Source of the DNA: a virus
Strand: one strand, 5' to 3'
Length of the DNA: 64,000 nt
IMG/VR virus record: IMGVR_UViG_3300024256_000001
Coordinates: 1 to 64,000 of that record
This document shows, one piece after another, positions 56,688 to 64,000 of the stretch (its first letter is position 1; each line of letters opens with the position of its first letter). The notes beneath the pieces were generated by a model that made no database searches, was not told the origin of the DNA, and worked only from the letters and a program-made list of their open reading frames with translations. The translations under genes were made by a program, and so were the position numbers.

Positions 56688-57546
56688 GTAGCGTGACCTC
56701 CGTCTTGGCCGCCAGGGGTAGCGCATCGCTGGCCGTCAGCAGGACGATGCCCACGAAGTCGGTCGCCCCCCTGCTGGCGTAGCTGTAGCGGCGCGGCCCG
56801 ATCCAGACCTCGCCCACGTCAGGGAAGCCGATGGTTGTCTCCACGGTGGCCTTTGTATCGGTGCTCACCAGCGGCCCGATGAGCCGCGTCTGGGGCGACC
56901 CGGCCGCCTGCTGGGCAACCTGCCCCAGCGCCCGCGTGATCGTGTAGATGGGGGCCGTGGGCAGCGTGGGCAGCGTCAGATCCTCAAGCGCCCAGGAGCG
57001 CGGGCCGGTCAGGTACAGGGGTGGCATGGTCTGCCGCGCGCTGTAGACCTCTTCGGCCTGGGCGCGCACCACTACAGTAATATCGCTCACGATCACGCGC
57101 ACGGCCGCCACAGCTGCCGCGTCAAACACGCGGTCAATCCACAGGTCATAGGGGCCGCCCAGGGGCAGCGGGGGCAACACAAACGCCAGGGTCCGCAAGG
57201 ATGGCGTGGTGTAGCACAAGTGCCCTTGCCCGATGATCCCGCTGTAGCAGCCGACCTTACCCAGCGGATAGAGCGTTGCGCCCGCGTCAGGCGTCAGGCG
57301 CACGCGCCAGGGGCCACGGCTCGGCCAGCTCCCGAACACGCGCACAATGTGACCGCCGTCGTCGGGCCAATCGTTGCGGCGCAAGTAGTAGGGCAGGATC
57401 TCGACCTGCTCAGCCCCCGGGGCCAGCACAGCCGACCCGAAGCCGTGGTCACCGACAGCGGGCGCACCGATCAGGTCTGACGGCGAGCCGAAGCCCAGGT
57501 CAGGGGTGCCGTTGATCAGGCTGGATGGTGAGCCAAAGCCGCGCAC
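56662..57546 (-). CDS. tail protein
   Basis: 294 aa. N-terminal repeated GFGSPS.LI motif. Located in the tail-fibre block. Confidence 0.4.
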   Translation of the reverse strand: MRGFGSPSSLINGTPDLGFGSPSDLIGAPAVGDHGFGSAVLAPGAEQVEILPYYLRRNDWPDDGGHIVRVFGSWPSRGPWRVRLTPDAGATLYPLGKVGCYSGIIGQGHLCYTTPSLRTLAFVLPPLPLGGPYDLWIDRVFDAAAVAAVRVIVSDITVVVRAQAEEVYSARQTMPPLYLTGPRSWALEDLTLPTLPTAPIYTITRALGQVAQQAAGSPQTRLIGPLVSTDTKATVETTIGFPDVGEVWIGPRRYSYASRGATDFVGIVLLTASDALPLAAKTEVTLHAPAYFSS

Positions 57547-57549
57547 AGG

Positions 57550-58851
57550 TCACTCCACCCAGCCCAGGCCAGCGCGGACCGTAGCCCCGCCGCTGATGCT
57601 GCGGGCCAGCAGGATCACCTCGTCGGGCACGCCCGCGATGCTGGCGACAGCCGGCAAGGTCAGACCTGTGGGCCGAAGAACAGCGCCGCCGCCCCGCTGG
57701 CCACCCGCAGAGTAGCCGTGCGCGAGCCGCACACCCGTCGCGGCCTGTGGTGTGGTGATGGTGGCGCTGGCCGCCGTGCCGCCGCCGTCGAACCACTCGG
57801 CCACGCTGTAGTCGGCATTGACCTGCGCTTCAAGCGGAGCTGCCCAGGGGGTGCCAGCCGTCAGCGTGGGGTTGAGCACCAGCTGCCACTCGGCATAACT
57901 GGTTCCGCTGAAGTTTTGCACGCTGACAAGGAAGTCCCGCAGCAGAGCCCTGATGTTGCCCGCCTTGAGCCGCACACCCAGCAGCGCCGTCCACGTCGTG
58001 CCTGTGGCCAAGGACACGGATGTGTTGTTGTAAACGTGACCATCCACCCCGGTGTCCACGGTGCTGCCCTCGCGCGCCACCTCAGAGCAAATCTGCTTCA
58101 CCACCACGTTTGCGCCCGTGATGCCGGTCGCCTCTACCTCGTAGCGCACAGGCAAGCTGCCGCTGCGCATGTAGACGCCCGTCAGCACGTTGCTGTGGTG
58201 CGCGCGGTGCGCCCAGATGAGCACGCCATCCACCGACCAACCAAACCGGCAGGTTCCGACCCCCAAATACTGGTAGTCGATCACGAGGATCTGGGCCTTG
58301 GTGAAGTCCAAGGTGACACCGGACGGCCCCGTGCCATCCATCGGATCGTCGCTCCAGCTCGCCTGGGCCACGTCGTCCGTGTTCACCACGAAGCCGGCCA
58401 CAGAGCTGCGCACCCGGAATCGCGCAGTGCCGTCGCCGTCGACCTGAAAGAACAGGCCGTCAGCGTCGTCAAAGAGCCCCACGCGCTGCTCTGCGTTGGC
58501 GTCGGGGGTGTCCAGGCAGAAGGTTAGGGCCACGAGCACGCTCTGCCCTGCGCGGTACTGGAAGTATTGCTTGGTCTGCGTGGTCACGGCGTCGGTGCCG
58601 ACAGAGCCCGACGGCAGGGTCAGCAGCTTCGCCGAACCGTTGCCGCTGTCCGCGTTGGTGATGGTGCCCGTACCCGTGATCCTGCTGTCCCAGCGATGCG
58701 CGAAGGTGCGCGCGCCAGCCCCCCGAGCAAGGTCAAACACGCTGGACAGCTGAAGGGTGGCAAGCCCCATGCGCCCACGCCCAAAGGCGTCGGTCATGGT
58801 GTCGTTGGGTGTCGTCGTCAGCTGGCGCAGTACAGTCACATTACGCTCCAA
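57550..58851 (-). CDS. tail / receptor-binding-like protein (jelly-roll-like pattern)
   Basis: 433 aa, beta-rich. ...DGTGPSGVTLDFTKAQILVIDYQYLGVGTCRFGW... is typical of lectin-like virion proteins. Confidence 0.4.
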   Translation of the reverse strand: MERNVTVLRQLTTTPNDTMTDAFGRGRMGLATLQLSSVFDLARGAGARTFAHRWDSRITGTGTITNADSGNGSAKLLTLPSGSVGTDAVTTQTKQYFQYRAGQSVLVALTFCLDTPDANAEQRVGLFDDADGLFFQVDGDGTARFRVRSSVAGFVVNTDDVAQASWSDDPMDGTGPSGVTLDFTKAQILVIDYQYLGVGTCRFGWSVDGVLIWAHRAHHSNVLTGVYMRSGSLPVRYEVEATGITGANVVVKQICSEVAREGSTVDTGVDGHVYNNTSVSLATGTTWTALLGVRLKAGNIRALLRDFLVSVQNFSGTSYAEWQLVLNPTLTAGTPWAAPLEAQVNADYSVAEWFDGGGTAASATITTPQAATGVRLAHGYSAGGQRGGGAVLRPTGLTLPAVASIAGVPDEVILLARSISGGATVRAGLGWVE

Positions 58852-59678
58852 GTGTTGGCCCGGCTCACCACCAGACCCAGGTACTCACCGGCCGCCAGGG
58901 TGTCGGTGGCCACGCCCGCAAACACGTCGCCCGCGAAGGCGTTGACCGTCACGGTGTTGCCGCTGGCGTCGGTGATATCGCGACCCACCACCAGCTCGCG
59001 GCTGGTGCTCACAGCAGGCAGGTTGATCACCACGTTGCCCGCCGTCGCGTCAGCCTCAATGTGCGTGTCAGACGCCGTGGGGCTGTAGGGGCTGTCAGCG
59101 CTGGTGATGAGGGTCACAACGGGCGGCGCGGCACCCACAAAGGCGCGCGCGCTTGCCGCTGCTGGCGTCTTGGTGGCGGGGCTGGGTGCGTGGTCGTCCA
59201 GCTCCCACTCGGCCACGATCAAAAAGACGCTCAGCTCGCCCTGGGTGAGCTGGTCGCAGTTGACCGCGCCGCAGTCGAGCGTCACGCGCAGACCACCGTT
59301 CACGAACGGGTTTCGCCCACTGCTGGCCGTGCCTCGGTCCGTGTCCCAGTACCCCCGATAGACGTTGAACACGCCCGTGATATCGGCGTTGCTGACGAAT
59401 TCGTTGGCTTCGCCACCCGTGCCCACGTCCACGCTGACGGCAGACACGGCACCGCCCAGAAACTCCGTCTCCACCCAGATCATCGCGCCCAGGATCATGT
59501 AGCCGTGAGGGGTGACGATGCCGCTCAGGCCGTCCAAGTAGATGGACGACGCCGCGCGCACGGCCGCCTGGGCGAAGTCGGCGAAGTCCATATCCACCCG
59601 CAGCATGGCCATCGGCTGCGGCCTGTGGGTGGGGTCCAGCTTGGCGACAGTAGCCGCCCTGTTCCGGTCGTAGGACAC
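58836..59678 (-). CDS. tail fibre-associated protein
   Basis: 280 aa from GTG 59678 (GGAGGG upstream, TAGTG overlap). The C-terminal ...DTHIEADATAGNVVINLPAV...GNTVTVNA... pattern is seen in fibre tips. Confidence 0.4.
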   Translation of the reverse strand: MSYDRNRAATVAKLDPTHRPQPMAMLRVDMDFADFAQAAVRAASSIYLDGLSGIVTPHGYMILGAMIWVETEFLGGAVSAVSVDVGTGGEANEFVSNADITGVFNVYRGYWDTDRGTASSGRNPFVNGGLRVTLDCGAVNCDQLTQGELSVFLIVAEWELDDHAPSPATKTPAAASARAFVGAAPPVVTLITSADSPYSPTASDTHIEADATAGNVVINLPAVSTSRELVVGRDITDASGNTVTVNAFAGDVFAGVATDTLAAGEYLGLVVSRANTWSVM

Positions 59679-60802
59679 TAGATATCCCTCCGCGCAAAGA
59701 CCTGGGCTGTGAGCCCGCTGCCGGGCACGTCTCCGTCGGAGATACGCGGAGCTGCGGCGCAGACAATGCCGAGGTAGCCGCCCGCGTTCAGCCCCAGGGC
59801 CAGCCCAGGCACGCTCAGCAGGAGGGGCCAGCCGTCCGTGGTAGGCGCGCCAGTCAGCAAGCTGGTGACGATGGTCCACACCCGGCCTGCTGCGTTTACG
59901 GCCGTCGCGCGCACCAGCCAGAAGACGTATGGGTTGACCGGCGCGGGACCCGTGCCGCCCCAGCTCAGCTGTAGCGCCACCTCCTGTAACTCAATGTCCT
60001 CTTCAATCTTCCAGATGATGAGCGGGTCCGCACCGATGCCAATCGTCTCGTTGGCTGGGTAGGCCCTGGGCACGATCTGCCCCATGATCATGCCCGCGCC
60101 CGTGGTTCGGCTGTTCTCGGCCGTCCCACAGAAGTGGATGCGCTCGCGCGTGATCACGGTGGCCGTGCCGGTCCCCGCCTCTTCCAGCAGCACCACGCCC
60201 GGCGCGCTGACGCCCGCCAGCGCCACGTCAGCGCCCGCGTGCGTGTGCAGACCCGACGCGGAGCTGCCGTCGGTCACCTGATCAACGAGCGCGCCCGTGG
60301 CCGTCACAACGTCGGTGTGCGAGTTGATCGTGTGCGCGCCGACACCGCCCGCATCAGCCTCCACCTGGGCGATCACAGCATGGAGCGGGCCGCGATAATC
60401 GCGCTCGCTCTGGGCGATCTTCTGCAACCCCGCCACGCTGCTCAGGATGCGCACGGTCACAAACGCGCTGTTGGGGGCCAGCGTCGGATCCTGCTCGCTG
60501 AACTCCAGCGTAGTGCTGTGCTGGGCGATCAGGAACAGCCGGACGTTGTGCCAGCTGGCCACGTCCACGGTGGGATTCTGCACCACTGCGGAGCTGAGCA
60601 CGGCGGGGCTGGTCGGCGTGTCGTCGCCTACGACCGTCCACGTCCAATTCCACAGCAGGTTGCCAGGGTCGCCAGAGTCAAACGCATCGCCGTAGAGCTG
60701 GACCGTCTGCGGCAGAGCCACCGCGCTCAGGTCAACGCTGGGGTCAACGTCGGGGTTGGTCTTGGGTGCGGGATCGCCGCTCGCGTAGGCTGTGACCGCC
60801 AT
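59678..60802 (-). CDS. tail fibre protein
   Basis: 374 aa. GLHTHAGADVALAGVSAPGVVLLEEAG resembles the HxH...G.V.L motif of tail fibres. Confidence 0.5.
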   Translation of the reverse strand: MAVTAYASGDPAPKTNPDVDPSVDLSAVALPQTVQLYGDAFDSGDPGNLLWNWTWTVVGDDTPTSPAVLSSAVVQNPTVDVASWHNVRLFLIAQHSTTLEFSEQDPTLAPNSAFVTVRILSSVAGLQKIAQSERDYRGPLHAVIAQVEADAGGVGAHTINSHTDVVTATGALVDQVTDGSSASGLHTHAGADVALAGVSAPGVVLLEEAGTGTATVITRERIHFCGTAENSRTTGAGMIMGQIVPRAYPANETIGIGADPLIIWKIEEDIELQEVALQLSWGGTGPAPVNPYVFWLVRATAVNAAGRVWTIVTSLLTGAPTTDGWPLLLSVPGLALGLNAGGYLGIVCAAAPRISDGDVPGSGLTAQVFARRDI

Positions 60803-62341
60803 TTAGAAGGACCCCCCGCCGTTGCCGCGCGTCAGCTTGCTGCCGATCACGGTAACAGTCCACGCCAGCTTTTGCGCGCTGCCCCAGACCAGCCCGTCGA
60901 CCCCGTGGGCTACGTTACCCAGCACGCCGTCACCATCGTTGTCCTGCTGTAGATGCAACGTGACCCCCCGCGCTGTGGCCCCAATGGGGGGGTAGTCGCT
61001 GAGACGCTGGACAGCAGGCAACACGGCGTCCCCGTAGTTGAGCGTGCCCACATTCTGCATTTGGGGCAGGAGCACCATCGGCTGCTGCCAAGCAGCCGTG
61101 ACGCCACCCATGATCAGCGGGGTGACCTGAACGCCCGTGATATAAACGTCGTCGTCTGTGATCACCGGCCAGTTGGCCCTGTGGACGCCCACCTGAATCT
61201 GCCAGGGTGCCGTGATCTGCGTGACCGCCTGGAGAAACCCGTACCCCGAGATCCAATCCCAGCGGGCCTGATCGATGGTGCCCACGTCGGGGGTGAATTG
61301 CAGCACGCCGCTGGCGAGGGTGACCTGCGCCCACTTGTCTACGTTGACGTGCTGGAGCAGAGCCGCGCTCACGCTCTCTTCTACGACCAGCCGCGCCTCG
61401 TGATCGTCCAGCGTGACCTTGGCCCCCTCCAGGCTCACCTGGGGGATCTCCCACCACGCCTTGACCTCAGTACCCACAGGGTCGGCCGTGCCGCCGCTCA
61501 GGAGCCGCTGAATCCGTGACCTGATCCACTGTAGGTGGTAGGCGAGCCCCGCCGTGCGCTCGGTCCCTGGGGGCCAGCTGGCCACAGTGCCGCCGTCGTA
61601 CAAGTCTGACCCTTGGGCCAGCCGGTTGATAGGGTGGGCGAAGCCGCCCAGGTCGGTGCCAGGGTCGCCGCTGGTGCCCGCGTCTTGTAGAAGCGCCTGC
61701 GTGTTGGCGTCGTCCCAGGCGCTCAGGCTGTAGATCACGCTGGGCACGGTGCCAGCCGCCCAGCTCACCACCTGGGCGAAGGCGACGTAGGGCAGGCCGC
61801 CAGCCGCAAGCGGCTGGGTGTCGCCGATCTGGAACTCCAGCACCGTCTCGGTGCGCGTCTTTGTCGTCCCTACCGGCGTCTCAACGCCGGTCGCCACGTC
61901 CCAGAAACGCCGCGTGTCGGTGTCGGCCGGGAGCTGCGAGGGTCGCGCCCACAGGTAAGGCTGGGTGCCGGGGGCCGCCAGCTCCGCGTTGCGCGCCAAA
62001 GTGTAATCGAGAGGGTGGTTGATGTTCAGCGTGGCGGGGTCGAAGGTGTGAACCATCGAGCCCCACGCGCAGCCCACGTTGACCGCGCCCGCCGCGCCCC
62101 GGTCCTCGACCCGCGTGTCCTGCGTCTCAACGTGCGCCAGGACAAACGGGTCAAGGTTCAGCGTGTAGGTGATACCGTCGTTGATCTCGGACCACGCCAA
62201 CGGCGTGAGCAGGCCGCTGACGTTGCCCAGGATGCCGCCCAGCGCCTCCCGCAAGTAGGTGTAGACCAGCTCTTGCAGCGCGCGCGCGTCGGGGGCGTCC
62301 AGCCGCTCTTGATCGGTCAGCTTGACCCTGTTTTCGGGCAC
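60803..62341 (-). CDS. baseplate/tail protein downstream of the J-like gene
   Basis: 512 aa. Occupies the position of a gpI-like wedge protein. Confidence 0.4.
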   Translation of the reverse strand: MPENRVKLTDQERLDAPDARALQELVYTYLREALGGILGNVSGLLTPLAWSEINDGITYTLNLDPFVLAHVETQDTRVEDRGAAGAVNVGCAWGSMVHTFDPATLNINHPLDYTLARNAELAAPGTQPYLWARPSQLPADTDTRRFWDVATGVETPVGTTKTRTETVLEFQIGDTQPLAAGGLPYVAFAQVVSWAAGTVPSVIYSLSAWDDANTQALLQDAGTSGDPGTDLGGFAHPINRLAQGSDLYDGGTVASWPPGTERTAGLAYHLQWIRSRIQRLLSGGTADPVGTEVKAWWEIPQVSLEGAKVTLDDHEARLVVEESVSAALLQHVNVDKWAQVTLASGVLQFTPDVGTIDQARWDWISGYGFLQAVTQITAPWQIQVGVHRANWPVITDDDVYITGVQVTPLIMGGVTAAWQQPMVLLPQMQNVGTLNYGDAVLPAVQRLSDYPPIGATARGVTLHLQQDNDGDGVLGNVAHGVDGLVWGSAQKLAWTVTVIGSKLTRGNGGGSF

Positions 62342-63751
62342 TTAGACCTCCTGCGCCAGCGGCACAACCGTGATTTTGTTGAGCGTGGTTCTGAGCACCC
62401 ACCTCGGATCGGGCGGGATCACGTCGTCGGCAGGCACCAGATCCACGACCCCACCATTGTAGATGCGGACGGTCAGCACGTCGGCGCTGTCCATGATGCG
62501 GTCAATCAGCCGCGCCACAAACATCGTTTCTCCAGGCCCCAGGGTGGCCATGTACTCCACCACCGACCGGCGCACGGACTCGGCCACAGCGTCGTAATCT
62601 CGCCCCAGGACAGGCACCACGTTGATCGCGAGCTGCACGAGGTAGACCGTCGGGGGCAGCACTCGCACGCGCACACCAGCAGCCCGATAGCCGGGCAGGT
62701 TGAGCGGGTCCGACGTGTCCCCCTCGATCAACGCTTGCAGCTCCGCAGGCAGGCCAAAGAACACCTGATACTTGGTGGTCCCGATGGTCCAAGTGTCGCC
62801 GCTGGCCATGATGCCATCCTCGACATAGACCAGCCCGCGCTCGGGAATGCTGGTGAATTCACCGGGCTGGAGCTGGCGGGGCACGCCGCCGATCACAGCG
62901 TCGATCACCGTGATCGGCTGGGTCGCCGGGGCCTCGTGCCAGAGCACCGGTGGGCCGCCAGCAGGCACGGTGCCAGTCACCACGGCACCATCGCGCCGGT
63001 AGCCCACCAGCCCGTTACCGTCGTCCAGCAGTAGCTCACACAGGCCAGCCTGGGCGGGGTCCTCAAAGACGCGCGCAAAGGCAGCGCGCGACCCGTCAGC
63101 GGCCGTGAAGGACAGGCCCAGGTACTCCAGCGCAGCAGGGGTCGAGCCCGTCAGGCTGGACAGGTAGGACCGAGCCCGCGCCCGAACGGCGTCGTCGCTT
63201 TCTTCGTCGCGGCCGTTGGTCAGCGCCGCCGCGCTGATCACGCCGGTCACGCCCACCGCGCTCACCACGCGATCCAGCGCCCCCGCTGGCGCGTTGCCCA
63301 CAGCCCCAGGCGTCAGGCAGATCACGGGCACGCTGCCCACAGCAGCAACCCCCACACCGAACGTGGCGTCAGCGGTCTGCCTGTAGACCAGGGTCGCGTC
63401 GTCACCTCGACCGTAGGTCGCCCCCGCCAGCACCGTGAGCGGGGCCGCCGTATCGACCCGCAGTAGGGTGAGCACGCCACCGCTCGCGGAGCTGGGTGCA
63501 AGCCGCGCCAGCCCGTCGGGGGGCAGGTCCGCAATCCGGTCGTCCAGATCCGTACCGCTGGCCGAGTCGATAAAGAAGGCGTCTCGGATGCGGGCCAGCC
63601 GCAGCTCCACGTTGGCCATTTCTTCGGCCCACGCCTGGATCATGTGCGCGAGCGCGGAGCCCTCTGACACGTCGTCCAGGCCACCGCGCGCGACAATGCG
63701 TGCGGCTAGCTCGCGGCGGATTGTGGTGGTTGTTCGGGGCTCGTAGGGCAT
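62342..63751 (-). CDS. baseplate J-like protein
   Basis: 469 aa. N-terminal IRRELAARIV...SEGSALAHMIQAWAEEMANVELRLARIRDAFFIDSASGTDLDDRIADL and a later TNGRDEESDDAVRARARSYL fit the gpJ / Mu gp47 family pattern. Confidence 0.65.
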   Translation of the reverse strand: MPYEPRTTTTIRRELAARIVARGGLDDVSEGSALAHMIQAWAEEMANVELRLARIRDAFFIDSASGTDLDDRIADLPPDGLARLAPSSASGGVLTLLRVDTAAPLTVLAGATYGRGDDATLVYRQTADATFGVGVAAVGSVPVICLTPGAVGNAPAGALDRVVSAVGVTGVISAAALTNGRDEESDDAVRARARSYLSSLTGSTPAALEYLGLSFTAADGSRAAFARVFEDPAQAGLCELLLDDGNGLVGYRRDGAVVTGTVPAGGPPVLWHEAPATQPITVIDAVIGGVPRQLQPGEFTSIPERGLVYVEDGIMASGDTWTIGTTKYQVFFGLPAELQALIEGDTSDPLNLPGYRAAGVRVRVLPPTVYLVQLAINVVPVLGRDYDAVAESVRRSVVEYMATLGPGETMFVARLIDRIMDSADVLTVRIYNGGVVDLVPADDVIPPDPRWVLRTTLNKITVVPLAQEV

Positions 63752-63763
63752 GGTTCGCCTATT

Positions 63764-64000
63764 CTACGCGGGTGTGGGCAGCGGTGCCAGGACGGTCAGC
63801 GCCGCCCCGCTTGAGTCTTGCGAGACTACCTCGGCCTCCACAGTGTAGGTGTCGCCGTAGTCCTCGACGGCCAGCGCGCTGATCGACTGGACCCGGGGGT
63901 CGCGCAAAAGCTGATCGCGCACATGCGCCGCGACATAGGCGCGCGTGCCGGACGACCCGCTGGTGCCCACAAGCAGGGGCAGTCCGTACAAGGGGAAGCC
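63764..64000 (-). CDS. baseplate wedge protein (gpW / gp25-like), C-terminal part
   Basis: The frame stays open to the window edge. ...TRAYVAAHVRDQLLRDPRVQSISALAVE... fits the gp25-like pattern, and the gene lies directly upstream of the J-like gene. Confidence 0.4.
   Translation of the reverse strand, partial: GFPLYGLPLLVGTSGSSGTRAYVAAHVRDQLLRDPRVQSISALAVEDYGDTYTVEAEVVSQDSSGAALTVLAPLPTPA

Overview
High-G+C, gene-dense segment of a tailed dsDNA phage or prophage, in three transcription blocks. (i) 1-37.1 kb, minus strand: capsid, scaffold, prohead protease, MuF, portal and large terminase, interleaved with six co-oriented proteins of about 500-1200 aa. These are followed by small accessory genes, an RNA ligase, a DNA methyltransferase, a transglycosylase, a VRR-NUC nuclease, a primase-helicase and a Cro-like HTH. 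(ii) 37.2-53.7 kb, plus strand: early and replication genes (DUF932-like, Cas4-like exonuclease, SF2 helicase, family A DNA polymerase, small methyltransferase) and repeated promoter-leader-gene-hairpin cassettes. (iii) 53.7-64 kb, minus strand: baseplate and tail-fibre genes and a lysis cassette. I saw no rRNA, canonical tRNA, CRISPR array, integrase or transposase. The most notable feature is the set of large multidomain proteins inside the head-morphogenesis operon. They carry ParB-like, SNF2, PAPS-reductase-like and GNAT-like cores. They share short peptide modules, some conserved at the DNA level, and repeated QLxLF(G) peptides that match the bacterial sliding-clamp-binding consensus. This looks like a capsid-delivered (Dar-like, polyvalent-protein) arsenal of a composition I do not recognise. 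All functional calls come from reading motifs by eye and from synteny; no database search was run. Many start codons were refined from the ORF track using RBS positions and the pervasive 1-8 nt start/stop overlaps.
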